From assembly GCA_017601395.1 (NCBI GenBank), contig JAFNIQ010000005.1, positions 1 to 56,090 of the forward strand: a stretch of DNA of 56,090 nt. Direction: 5' to 3'. Position 1 is the stretch's first letter. Each line of letters opens with the position of its first letter. Below the pieces are notes generated by a model. It was not told where the DNA came from. It worked only from the letters and a program-made list of their open reading frames with translations, and did no database searches. The stretch comes from Candidatus Brockarchaeota archaeon. Its GTDB lineage: Archaea > Thermoproteota > EX4484-205 > JAAOZP01. The position numbers and the translations under genes were made by a program. Positions 8,817-19,510 of this stretch are shown piece by piece.

Positions 8817-10562
8817 GTGAAAACACGAATACGCATGGGACCAGCAAGAACAGGCTGTTTGGCGTTGATTGTTTTAGCCGCTGTTTTCCTTACTGGAACA
8901 GCTGCCGCGTTCATCATAAACAATGACTTCGGAAGGCTTAAAGTAAAAACCGTCGAAATACCGGACGGCGAACATTACATAAGCGGGGTACTGTATCGTC
9001 CGCGTGCAGCCGCCGAGGAAAACCCTTTGCCGGCTGTAGTCCTTGTGCACGGTATCAGCAGTGCTAAAGAATCCATGAGCAGCATAGCTTTGGAGCTCGC
9101 TAGAAGGGGTTTCGTCGCTTTATCGATAGATGTTGTGGGTCATGGTGATTCCGGCGGGCGGCTCGGCGCAACTAAGGATCCCAGCCTCGGTGCTCTTGCA
9201 GCCTTAAGATACGTTGAAACGCTGCCGTATGTTGACGCTTCTTCACTCGGCCTAGTTGGGCACAGCTTGGGGGCTGGAGCGGTCAGGGCTGCTGCCGCCG
9301 CCCACCGGCGGGTTAAAGCAACCGTGCTCATAGCGGGAGGCTTAGGCGGAATGGCTTCCAGCCCGTTGGAATACGGGGTTCTCAACACTACTTTCCCAAA
9401 GAACCTGCTGGTAGCCATAGGCAGACAGGACGTGCTTTTCAACCTTAATCAGGTTACTGGGGAATGGCTACCCCCGGTTTTCGGGGTTCATCAGGTCTCT
9501 CCTGGAAAACTATACGGCGATTTCAACTCTGGGACTGCGAGGAAGCTAGTAGCACCGGCTACAACCCATCTGCTTGAACCCCTTGACCCGACTATTGTTT
9601 CCGAAACAGTCGTCTGGATGGGCAGCGCTCTCAAGCCTAGCGAAGCCAGTCAAATCAGGCGGCTGGAAGAAGGCTTAGCATACCCCTACCGTGAAACAGT
9701 GATGCTCCTGAGCGTTTTCTCACTGGTGGGTTTAACATTCCCGGTTTCCATGCTAATCTTGCCGCGCAAGCCTTCGAATAAGATTAGTATAGAGTATGGT
9801 TCTCTCAAAGACTGGAAGATTATGGTTATTTGGGGAACCCTGAGCATAGTGCTGCTCCTACCAACGTTCATACTGGGCTTCAGCCTATCCTTCCCACCGG
9901 TTTTATTCGGCTCGTCTATCGCCTGGTGGCTGCTCATGGTTGCTATAGCCGGTGTTTTCCTCATCCTGCTCGTCATGCCTAAGTTCTCAGGCGTTAGGCT
10001 GAGAATTAGAAGATTGACGTCTGAATCCTTCACATGGAGGGAAACCTGTGTCGCGATAAGCCTGTTCCTCATGCTGTATATAATTGTTTACCTTATAGAT
10101 CTCTTGTTAGGCATGAACCTCTGGATTTTCGTGCCTATTTTCAAAGTTCTCAGCATTCCGGCGAGAATCACCCTGTTTCTGACCTTCATACCGTTCTTCC
10201 TAGTCTTCTTTTACGTAGAAGGAATTTACCTCCATGTTCTGCGTAGGGGAAGTGGGAAAAACGGGTTCCTCCCGGGAGCCTTAGAGATGGGTAGAACCAT
10301 CGGGATCAAGATTACACCATACATTCTCGTAATGGGAATACAGTACATCCCGATGTTCTTGTTCGAATTTAAGCCGCTCACCTCTTTCCTCGGCTTCCTG
10401 ATAGAGTTCCTTCCACTCATAACAGTACAGTTCATCATCTCAACAGCTTGCTCATGGTGGTTTCACCGGCTTACCTCATCCATAGGCACGGGCACAGTTT
10501 TCAACGCGCTCCTATTCGCCTGGATTTCAGCAGGTGTTTTCCCATTCGGAGCATTCGGTTGA
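8817..10562 (+). CDS. Alpha/beta hydrolase with N-terminal anchor and C-terminal multi-pass membrane domain
   Basis: VVLVHG, GHGDS, GHSLG nucleophile elbow; about 8 hydrophobic segments in the C-terminal half. Confidence 0.8.
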   Translation: MKTRIRMGPARTGCLALIVLAAVFLTGTAAAFIINNDFGRLKVKTVEIPDGEHYISGVLYRPRAAAEENPLPAVVLVHGISSAKESMSSIALELARRGFVALSIDVVGHGDSGGRLGATKDPSLGALAALRYVETLPYVDASSLGLVGHSLGAGAVRAAAAAHRRVKATVLIAGGLGGMASSPLEYGVLNTTFPKNLLVAIGRQDVLFNLNQVTGEWLPPVFGVHQVSPGKLYGDFNSGTARKLVAPATTHLLEPLDPTIVSETVVWMGSALKPSEASQIRRLEEGLAYPYRETVMLLSVFSLVGLTFPVSMLILPRKPSNKISIEYGSLKDWKIMVIWGTLSIVLLLPTFILGFSLSFPPVLFGSSIAWWLLMVAIAGVFLILLVMPKFSGVRLRIRRLTSESFTWRETCVAISLFLMLYIIVYLIDLLLGMNLWIFVPIFKVLSIPARITLFLTFIPFFLVFFYVEGIYLHVLRRGSGKNGFLPGALEMGRTIGIKITPYILVMGIQYIPMFLFEFKPLTSFLGFLIEFLPLITVQFIISTACSWWFHRLTSSIGTGTVFNALLFAWISAGVFPFGAFG

Positions 10563-10959
10563 CAACCCGCCTATATACTTCTTCAAGACGCGAAGCCTTT
10601 AACAGTTTTATCTTAATCTATACATTACAAACAGTTGTTAAAAAGTTTATATTAGTAGAGCGCGCGCTACAGCTCGGAAGGAAGTTGAAAGAATGAAAAT
10701 GTATATAAGTTAACCATCACAATGATGTAGGTGACTATAAGGAACGGGAGAAGAACGGATGGCACCTACACACATATCAAGCGGTAGGCACACTAAATAT
10801 GGTGAACGATTACTTGCTGATTGAAAGAGAAACAGGTTCTTAAAAACTAGGGATTAACTTTTGACGGTTCATTCAATTCAAGCGAAAACCTAGAAGGCAT
10901 AATATAATTATGATAGAGATAGCGTTAAATGCAGAAGATATAGTGTAATGATTTATTAC

Positions 10960-11855
10960 TCAAAAATCTTTAAAGCCGTTTGCCCAGAATGTGAATACAC
11001 ATTGTCCATAGCCCCTAAATATTTCTCGATAATCATGTCCCGCTCCCTTTACCGTGACAAATTCGTGTTCAACATTCAGCTTTTTTAACCACTCATGATA
11101 CTCGTGCAAAGCAGGTAGTAAACGTGAATCATATTCACCGCATAATATTCTCAGCTTTGTTTTCTCCCAATTCAGAACCCTGGCGTTCAGTTTGGCCAAG
11201 TGCCATGGACCGATTTCTTCGTAGTAATTTTGATCACAATTAAAAGTGTAGTATGTACGGTATGTAGGTTCCTCGCTTAAATCACGTAATATACTTGGGG
11301 CTATCGCGGAGATGGCGCCAAATAAGTTTGAATGCTTGAGCCCCAGATGTAGAGCTCCAAATCCGCCCATTGAATGACCTTCTATGTCGCGCCCCTCTTT
11401 TCGAGCTATTGTATGATAAGTAGCATCAATGTGTGGAATCAGATTTTTAATGATAACTTGTTCTATGGGTAGCTTTCCATCTTTAGAATTCACATACCAT
11501 CCTACAGGCAGTGCTTGAGGGAGAACGATAATTACTTCGGGCATTACCTTCGCCTTTATGGCAGCATCATATTTTTGAACTGCCCATGCTCCTTGCCTCG
11601 CGCTTTCAAAACCTGCATGAAGCCAATAGATCACGGGGAAATGCTTGGAAATATTTTGTTCATAGCTCGGTGGCAAATAAATCAGATAGCTGCCTTAAGT
11701 ATTAGATCCTCGAGCTGGTGTTGGGTAAAGACGATATCTTGTGCCCGGCGGCTCTTCAGTAATCGGGTCTATCCATTGAGCCAGCAGCTCTGCAATAGTT
11801 TCTGGCGAAGGAGGCTCTGATGCTGGAGACTTCTCCCGTACATAGGACTTATTCT
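10960..11855 (-). pseudogene. Esterase (enterochelin/feruloyl esterase-like alpha/beta hydrolase) with premature stop
   Basis: YLIYLPPSY, PVIYWLH, GHSMGG, GAGH. An in-frame TAA at 11695-11697 separates the upstream QWIDPITEEPPGTRYRLYPTPARG from the rest; no clean start codon. AT-richer than the flanks. Confidence 0.75.
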
Positions 11856-12355
11856 ATTTAAAACACCTATATAATTTTCGTTAGCTGGTTAAGAGCTTTT
11901 AGTATATGCTATCGCTGATCTTCAGTTTTATGATTAATTTAGGAGATCTCTTACCCAGTATCTAGTCTATCTGACGCATCTGGTCTTTTCTCGAAGGCTC
12001 GAAATCCATTGCCCAATCTTCTCCTCAACCCGCACCACTGTTTTAAACCCTGGATAGGCGTTGTTCTTTCGCTTCTTGCCCATATCCATGCTGGAGCACC
12101 CTGGCGCGAATATGGCTTTTTCTAGTCAATATTTCACGCATAGGACTCTTTCCCAAGCCATTCTGGGCTTGGCTTCCCATCCTTAAAATACTTCATCCAG
12201 TCTGGCTCCTTGCCTCTTACATCATCTAGTGCAGACGCGAATCCGAGTGAACTTGCCAGTTGGAAAACCCATTGTGGAAACGAGCCTACTATAGCCCCTG
12301 TCTTGGGTACATTGCACTAACATTAATACTCAATCTTCTCAGTCTTCTCGAGAAA

Positions 12356-13318
12356 CTAGCCATTTTTCAACCTACTCCTGTTTTCCGCCGATGGTATGAG
12401 CGCGTTTAAAACTGGTTCTACCCATCTGTTGTTGGGAATATCGTAAAGTATGAAGTCGCTGTCAAACTGCCAGTAGGCCCAGCTCCAGCCCATTTCCTCA
12501 GCCAGCCTGGCTACGAAGCCGAGGTATCTTACCCTAGAATCCATGTCGGCTTTGTCATATACTCCGAACTCTCCCAGGAAAATAGGCCTGTTGTGGTTTT
12601 CCGACCATGCTTAAGCCTTCTCGAAATCGCTCCGAATCGCTCTCTTCTCCTCTGGGGAGCCTACCCATTTTATCCCAACCTTGCCCTCGCGGCCAGCCCA
12701 TTTAGCACCCTGATGCGTGAAATCCATAGGCTTATAGTAGTGCACAGTCACAATTATATTCCTGTCTTCCTCAGGCAGAACCAGCTTGTCGAGGCCCGTT
12801 ATGCTGTTCCAGAGGGCTGGGCCTATTATCACAGTCCTATCCGGGTTAGTCCTGCGCACCGTTCTAAGAACATCGATGAGAAGACGGTTCCTGAGCTCAG
12901 GCGTAAGCTCCCCGTTTGGCTCGTTTAGAAGCTCGAAAACCAAGCTGTCAGGATAATTACTGTAGAGCTTCCCGATTTGATCCCAGAAGGCGAGGAGCCT
13001 CCCCCTGTTTTCAAACGGATCCCTACCCATGATTATGAACTCGTGGAAATCGATTATCGGCATCAGCCAGTTGCCTAAAGCCTGTTCAACCGCCCAATCC
13101 AAGGTTTCAAGCCATTCCTCCGAAAGCCGGTTTCCCTTAACCATAGCCTCGTCGCGGAAAGGATGGAGAGCGATGCGTACATTGTTGAAGCCGACACTTG
13201 CTATCAGCCTGAAATGTTCACTCCTCATCCTTCCCATAGACCTGTTTCTCCAAACCTGGTCGTAACCCAGAATGTTAACACCCCTGCCAAGCCGCTCATT
13301 CTGGTTAAACATATCCAT
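12356..13318 (-). pseudogene. GH5 endoglucanase (Cel5A-like, no signal peptide) interrupted by one in-frame TAA
   Basis: LGRGVNI, FELLNEP, VHYYKPMDFTHQGA, then EKA*AWSENHNRPIFLGEFG..WAYWQF. The stop at 12611-12613 is in frame with ORF 12356-12544. Confidence 0.85.
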
Positions 13319-13469
13319 TTCAATCAACCCCAGTACTCCACGCTCGCCATCCAACCTTAAAAGCGCGCGCTATACTTATACTTTATTTCAGTTAACAAGA
13401 AACTGTTCAAAAGGCTTTAGGGAAAAGCCTTATAAGAATTTTCCGACTCGAAGAGGAACAGTAGGAAAA

Positions 13470-14636
13470 GTGGGGAGGAAGTCTTCGTTCAAAAACATAG
13501 CAACATCAACCCAAATACTGCTGGCTCTAATTATAATATTGCCAATAGTCGTAAGCCTATGGTTAGTCCTCACATATCCTCCTAGCCTGTTCAAACTGTT
13601 TCCTGGAATTGAGGGAGACGGAGCAATACCGATCACGCTGGGAGAAGAATCCTATGAAACATTGATTGTTAAAGTCTATTATCCTTCCGAGTTAGCAGGT
13701 GTAATGGTGGATAGGGTGTGGAGTGAAGCCCGCGGTAATCTGTCGACGACAATAATAGGAGAATTTCTTAGGATAAGGTGGCAAGGTGAAACAGTTAGAG
13801 TAGGCATGATTAATGATACAGAGCATGTTTTTAATATGAAGGAGTTGAAAAGAGAAGAAAAACAGTTAAAACTTTCTGCAGGCGATTCACTCATAGACTT
13901 AACGATCAGGTTTTTAAACTTGTCCTATCCTAGGCTGCCCGAAGACTTTAAGAAAAGGATGGTCATGATCTTGGAAAACCAGTCTTTTATAAAATGGCTT
14001 AAGGAAGAGGGCCTCACATACAGTGTTGAAAGCATCAGGCCAGCGGGAGCATTGGGAGGATGGGACTGGATTATTACTTCGAATATGGAAATAGAACTGC
14101 TGGTTGATGGGATTGAAGCATCATGCATCTTAACTCTCAGAGAAACCTATAAGTTGGTGTCTAATTCTAACGCATCAAGGGAGCTGCAGTTATTCCTCAG
14201 GGAGGGCAATAAGACTAATGGAGTTTGCGCATATATTTATAAATATGGTGATGGGTTTATAGTGGGTACGATAGTTGGAACTAAAAACCCGTATGACCCA
14301 GGATATACTTACAGTACGGGTGAAGCATGGTTAAAGAATAGCTCGTCAAATATTTGGATATCGCCAAATATATATGTAAGGGTTTCGATTATTAACGCGA
14401 CGAGCGAGCTGGGGCAGAGAATCATACAGGTATTAAGCAGCAACAGGCTTACAGGCAGACTTATAGAATACGGATTCAAGGTAGACCTGGTCATGACGGA
14501 GAAATATCCTTTCGATGAAACAAGCCGATACTTCTATGCATATTTTTACTATGCAGAAAAAGAAGTGGTGGTGAATGTGAATATTAATCCGGATGCTGGA
14601 AGGATTGAGAAAATATCTTTCATTGCTCGAGAATAA
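13470..14636 (+). CDS. Hypothetical N-terminally anchored membrane/secreted protein
   Basis: Probable GTG start at 13470, then a single hydrophobic segment ILLALIIILPIVVSLWLVL; many NxS/T sequons. Confidence 0.6.
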   Translation: MGRKSSFKNIATSTQILLALIIILPIVVSLWLVLTYPPSLFKLFPGIEGDGAIPITLGEESYETLIVKVYYPSELAGVMVDRVWSEARGNLSTTIIGEFLRIRWQGETVRVGMINDTEHVFNMKELKREEKQLKLSAGDSLIDLTIRFLNLSYPRLPEDFKKRMVMILENQSFIKWLKEEGLTYSVESIRPAGALGGWDWIITSNMEIELLVDGIEASCILTLRETYKLVSNSNASRELQLFLREGNKTNGVCAYIYKYGDGFIVGTIVGTKNPYDPGYTYSTGEAWLKNSSSNIWISPNIYVRVSIINATSELGQRIIQVLSSNRLTGRLIEYGFKVDLVMTEKYPFDETSRYFYAYFYYAEKEVVVNVNINPDAGRIEKISFIARE

Positions 14637-14672
14637 GATTTTTAAAGATTTTCGGCAGAGAAAGGTCTAGAA

Positions 14673-16070
14673 ATGGCTTTACTTGAAAAGAGGCTTGAAT
14701 CATACGTCTTATTGTTTAGTCTACTTTTCTCAACAATATTCTACCCTGTTAGCACGAGAGGAGATGGTGAGCAAACGCAGCCAGCTTACGATTATCGGTT
14801 TGAAGAGGCAGTTGCAGAATCCAGGATGCACAGGGGAATAAACATTGGGAATGCTTTGGAAGCACCCAGGGAGGGTGAATGGGGAGTTTACATTAGGGAC
14901 GAGTATTTCAGGATAATAAGGGAAGCCGGCTTCGACACTGTTCGAATACCAATAAGATGGTCGGCTCACGCTGAGAACAACCCGCCTTATAGGATCGATG
15001 AAGACTTCTTCAACAGGGTGGATAGGGTTGTGAACAAGTCCCTGGAACAGGGTCTTATCACCATAATAAACATTCACCACTATGAGGAGATAATGCAAGA
15101 CCCCTTGGGCCACAGAGACCGTTTCAAAGCCTTGTGGAGCCAGATATCTGAACACTATAAGGATTATCCTGAAACGCTTTTCTTCGAGCTTCTAAACGAG
15201 CCTTACGGTGAGCTGACTGATGAGAGGTGGAACATGCTTATCAGGGAGACTGCCGAAATAATAAGAAGAAATAACCCTACGAGAAAAATAATCGTAGGTC
15301 CAACAGGGTGGAACAGCGTTTACAATCTTAAGGGATTAGTGATTCCTGAGGACGAGAACATTATCGTCACCTTCCACTTTTACACCCCCTTCGAATTCAC
15401 CCATCAGGGGGCGGAATGGGTCAGCCCCTCTCCCACCGTCGGCAGGAAATGGCTTGGAACCCAGGGTGAAAAGAAACAGATTACGGATGAGTTGAACATG
15501 GCTGTCGAATGGGCGATGCAGCACGGCAACGTCTCCCTTTTAATGGGCGAGTTCGGAGCATACAGTAAAGCAGACATGGATTCAAGAGTGAGATGGACAC
15601 GTTTCGTTGCGAGAGAGGCGGAGAAGAGGGGAATAGCCTGGTGCTACTGGGAGTTCTGCGCAGGCTTCGGAGCCTACGACCCAGATAAGGGAGAGTGGAG
15701 AACAGAGCTTTTGAACGCGTTGATCTCTGAGAAGCACTATGTTACTGTGGAGACTGAATATGGAAACGCTTTCGGCGCAGGCTGGTATGACGAGGGTACT
15801 TATGCACCTGTAGGGATTAATATTACAAGCTGGGGCTTCTATGTTTTCGACCATTTCGAAGGACTGGGTCCTAAGGACAGGATTATAGACGAGAGGACTG
15901 TTGAAATCTACGTCGACGAGTCTAGGATGATAAAGGCTATTTGGAGAATAGATTATGTTAAACTATTGATAATAGCCTTAATATGTTTCACCGCATGCGC
16001 AGCAGCAATCCTGTATAAAAAGCGAGCTTTAAGATCCAGTTTAATTCAGAAGATTAAGCATTCTCCCTGA
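14673..16070 (+). CDS. GH5 endoglucanase, secreted, with C-terminal membrane anchor
   Basis: Signal-like N-terminus. RGINIGNALEAP, RIPIRW, FELLNEP (acid/base), LMGEFG (nucleophile), WCYWEF; C-terminal TM followed by KKR. Confidence 0.9.
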   Translation: MALLEKRLESYVLLFSLLFSTIFYPVSTRGDGEQTQPAYDYRFEEAVAESRMHRGINIGNALEAPREGEWGVYIRDEYFRIIREAGFDTVRIPIRWSAHAENNPPYRIDEDFFNRVDRVVNKSLEQGLITIINIHHYEEIMQDPLGHRDRFKALWSQISEHYKDYPETLFFELLNEPYGELTDERWNMLIRETAEIIRRNNPTRKIIVGPTGWNSVYNLKGLVIPEDENIIVTFHFYTPFEFTHQGAEWVSPSPTVGRKWLGTQGEKKQITDELNMAVEWAMQHGNVSLLMGEFGAYSKADMDSRVRWTRFVAREAEKRGIAWCYWEFCAGFGAYDPDKGEWRTELLNALISEKHYVTVETEYGNAFGAGWYDEGTYAPVGINITSWGFYVFDHFEGLGPKDRIIDERTVEIYVDESRMIKAIWRIDYVKLLIIALICFTACAAAILYKKRALRSSLIQKIKHSP

Positions 16071-16160
16071 GTTTTAACTCATGCTGACAGTTGGCTTAAA
16101 TTTTCATCCAGCCTCGCAAACCCTTAAATGCTTCGAAAAACATTATAATTGGTGGTTTAT

Positions 16161-16961
16161 ATGAAGGTTTACGTTCTGGCCGACATGGAGGGCGCCAGCT
16201 ACGTGGTCCGCGAGCAGCAGACCGAGCCCGGGAGCAGAGAGTACGAGGAGGCATGCCTCCTTCTAACTAGAGACGTGAACGCTGCTGTTGAAGGAGCCCT
16301 GGAGGGAGGTGCTTCAGAAGTCCTTGTTAACGACCTGCATGGGGCGCGAAACGGTTTCAACCTTGTGCCGGAGGAGCTGCACGAGGAGGCGAAATACGTT
16401 ACAGGAGGGCCTAGGCCGTGTAGAATGGCTGGGCTCGACAGGAGCTTTAGCCTAGCGTTCATGATAGGCTACCACGCTATGGCTGGGACAGAGGGTGCGG
16501 TTCTAGACCACACGATGGCCACTAGGATAATAGTCAACGCCTACATAAACGAGAAGCAGGTTGGTGAAATCGGGATAGACGCGGCTATACTGGGGTATTT
16601 CGAAGTGCCCGTGGGTCTGGTAAGCGGTTGCAGAACGGCAGCCCAAGAGGCTAAGACTCTATTAGGCAGGGTTGAAACCGTTGTTGTGAAAGAAGGGTTT
16701 AGTAGAAACTTTGCGGCTTGCCTGCCGCCAGCCCGGAGCAGGAAGCTTATCCGAGAAACCGCTGAGAGGGCTGTTCGAAACGCTGAAGATTTTAAGCCTT
16801 TCAGAATCAACCCGCCTGTGACTTTGAAAATCGAGTATTCACATCCGAATTACGCGGATATTCAATGCAGAACGCCGGGCATAGAACGCCTTGACGCTCG
16901 AACAATCGTTATCCGTGGAGACGACTTGCTTGAAGTGATGAAAAGAGTAGGCTGGTATTAA
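16161..16961 (+). CDS. M55 family D-aminopeptidase (DppA-like)
   Basis: ADMEG, VNDLHG, GYHAMAG, LDHT, GEIG motifs. Confidence 0.9.
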   Translation: MKVYVLADMEGASYVVREQQTEPGSREYEEACLLLTRDVNAAVEGALEGGASEVLVNDLHGARNGFNLVPEELHEEAKYVTGGPRPCRMAGLDRSFSLAFMIGYHAMAGTEGAVLDHTMATRIIVNAYINEKQVGEIGIDAAILGYFEVPVGLVSGCRTAAQEAKTLLGRVETVVVKEGFSRNFAACLPPARSRKLIRETAERAVRNAEDFKPFRINPPVTLKIEYSHPNYADIQCRTPGIERLDARTIVIRGDDLLEVMKRVGWY

Positions 16962-17060
16962 CTTTAGTGGAGAATCATAACGCCCTAGAATGCAACCATC
17001 TTCATTCGGATCCTTGTTTCCGCTTCACCTGTTTATCACGCTGATTACCGGCTGGTTGCT

Positions 17061-18393
17061 TCACCTTCCTGCCATCCAGAAGGTGCTCCATCCGCCGATA
17101 TGCACGTCGCGTCCAGAGTCCCCCGGCAGAAGATCCATGTAGTTTTCAGCAACCTTCCTGAATGCTTGAGCATACTCTTCAATGATCTCAGGCCTGTAAT
17201 GCTTGAACCATGGGACGGTGAACACCCGCTCCTGCACGCTCTCTGAAACCGGGAGGCTACCCGGCGGCTGCCTCACGTCAACACCCGGGGGATAATTCGC
17301 TATGCGCGTCGGTCTACCCTGGTTGTAGACATCTATCTTGTTGAACAATGAGTGTAAATGCAGCGGGAGGTTGCAGCCCGGGTAGCATGGGGCTCCCTCT
17401 GCCCTTACTGCTTCGCAGAACCTTTGAACAGATAGGCCTCCCAACTCCTCCGGACGGTAGATGCCGTGGGGTGCGTACCACCCACCCTTGGTTGACCCAG
17501 AGTCTTTCGGAGGCCTATGGCTCCTGATTCCGGGGACTCCTTCAAGCAGGTTCCAGAAGTAGTTCATGGCTTTATCTATCTCAGCCATAAGCTCCGGGTA
17601 ATGCTTCAACTGGACACGCCCGACTGCCGAGGTTAACTGGTGCATCCTATACTTGTATCCTCCCCAGGGCAGCCCTGCTCCACGTTTAAGGTCTTCCACA
17701 AGGCGAACCCGTGGCGCTCGTAATGGCCGAAGGCCACAGCCCTTTCATAAACCCGCCTGTCGTTCGTAGTCATCATTCCTCCCTCGCCGCAAGGCAGTGA
17801 TTTTCCGGACATTAGTGAGAAGCCTGCAGCATCTCCATAGGTTCCAACCATTCTACCCTTGTAAAGAGCACCGTGAGCGTGAGAGCAATCCTCAATCACC
17901 ATCAAGCCGTTTCTCTCAGCTATCTTCATTATCGCATCCATATCTGCCGGCATTCCCAAGTAGTGGACAATCATTATCGCCTTAGTTCTCGGAGTAACCC
18001 AGCGTTCAATATCCTTAGGATCGATGCAGAGCGTTTCGGGATCAATGTCGGCGAAAACAACTGTTCCACCGAGCGAGTAGACCTGTAGGCAGGAGGCCCA
18101 GTAAGTGATGCTTGGACAAATGATCTCATCCCCCTTCCCTATGCCTACGCCGAACATCGCGCTGTGTAGAGCAGCGGTTCCAGTGTTATGTGCAAGCGCG
18201 TATTCCACGCCCAGCCATCGGGCGAACTCCTCATCGAATTTTTAAGTCAAATCTATGTCTGACATTTTCCCGGTGCGGAGTACTTCTAAAACAGCATCCT
18301 AACCTCGCTAGTTATAATTGGCCAAGCGAATATGTCTCCATGTTCAGACCTGACAGTCTTCGGACCCTCTAAGAGAGCTAGGCCGCTTCCCAA
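17061..18393 (-). pseudogene. DegT/DnrJ/EryC1/StrS aminotransferase, disrupted
   Basis: GTAALHSA, IEDCSHAHGA, FSLMSGKSLPCGEGG. Frameshifts near 18300 and 17700 and an in-frame TAA at 18242-18244. Confidence 0.85.
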
Positions 18394-18588
18394 CCTTTAA
18401 ACAATCATTACACTGTTTCAGCAGATATTAAATATTTCCGCTACCATTTCTTTCACCCTGATCCCAATACTGAGATTCTGAAGGCGCCCAACATTCACAG
18501 GTGCCTGAAAACAATACTTAGGGATGCGCGCATCTTCTTTTGAAACTTGGCCGAATGCTTAAATAAGTTGCTTCGCCAGACTGTGAAC

Positions 18589-19485
18589 ATGATCATTGAT
18601 ATTCACGCGCACTGTTCCCCTAAACAAAGCTGGCTTACCTACGATCCGGTTAAAGACCAGTACATACCTTGGATAACAGTGTCTGAACTCGTTAAAAGGA
18701 TGGAGGAAGAGGGGATAGACATAACGGTGATCCTCCCACTGCCAAGCCCGGAAAGCACTATAGAGCCGGTGACCAACAGAGATGTTATAGAGTTCTGCAA
18801 GAAATATGGGAGTAGGCTAATCCCTTTCTGCAACCCGGATCCGAGGCTAAACGCCGGCTCAGAAAAAACCCTGAGATTCATAATTGAGGAGTATAAAAGC
18901 GAAGGGTGCAAAGGCGTTGGCGAAATAACTGCCAACATATACTTTGACGACCCGAGGGCCCTGAGCCTCTTCAGGGTTTGTGAAGAACTAGGGCTCCCCG
19001 TAATATTCCATATCGGTCCCCACCTGGGCGGCTGCTACGGGCTTGTTGACGAGCCCGGCCTGCCCAGGCTTGAGAAGTGTTTAAAAATGTTTCCAAGCCT
19101 GATATTCATAGGACACTCTCAACCATTCTGGGCGGAGATATCTGGAGACGTTAAGCCGGAAGATAGGAACAGTTACCCAGCTGGCAGGGTTGCTCCAGGC
19201 GGCAGGGTCGTCGACCTGTTCAGAAGCTATCAAAACCTTTACGGGGATCTTTCAGCTGGCAGCGGATATAACGCTATCTCGAGAGACCCGGAGTTCGGAG
19301 TCCGGTTCTTAGAGGAGTTTCAGGACAGGTTGATGTTCGGAACAGACTTAGACATGCCGGATCAAAACATACCTCAACTGAAATACCTGCGCAGCCTGAG
19401 AGAAGAAGGAAAAATATCGCGAAAAACCTATGATAAAATAATGTATAGAAACGCTGCGAGAGTCTTGAAGCTCGACTTGGAATAA
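18589..19485 (+). CDS. Amidohydrolase_2 family metal-dependent hydrolase
   Basis: IIDIHAH, GVGE, PVIFH, FIGHS, DLSAGSG, LMFGTD. Confidence 0.85.
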   Translation: MIIDIHAHCSPKQSWLTYDPVKDQYIPWITVSELVKRMEEEGIDITVILPLPSPESTIEPVTNRDVIEFCKKYGSRLIPFCNPDPRLNAGSEKTLRFIIEEYKSEGCKGVGEITANIYFDDPRALSLFRVCEELGLPVIFHIGPHLGGCYGLVDEPGLPRLEKCLKMFPSLIFIGHSQPFWAEISGDVKPEDRNSYPAGRVAPGGRVVDLFRSYQNLYGDLSAGSGYNAISRDPEFGVRFLEEFQDRLMFGTDLDMPDQNIPQLKYLRSLREEGKISRKTYDKIMYRNAARVLKLDLE

Positions 19486-19510
19486 GCAGTCGAACCTAAA
19501 ACGGTTTAAA

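Noticed and set aside
12134-12316. Start-less ~60-codon minus-strand stretch (..GKEPDWMKYFKDGKPSPEWLGKESYA*)
   Set aside because: Possibly a gene remnant, but there is no start codon and no recognisable family.
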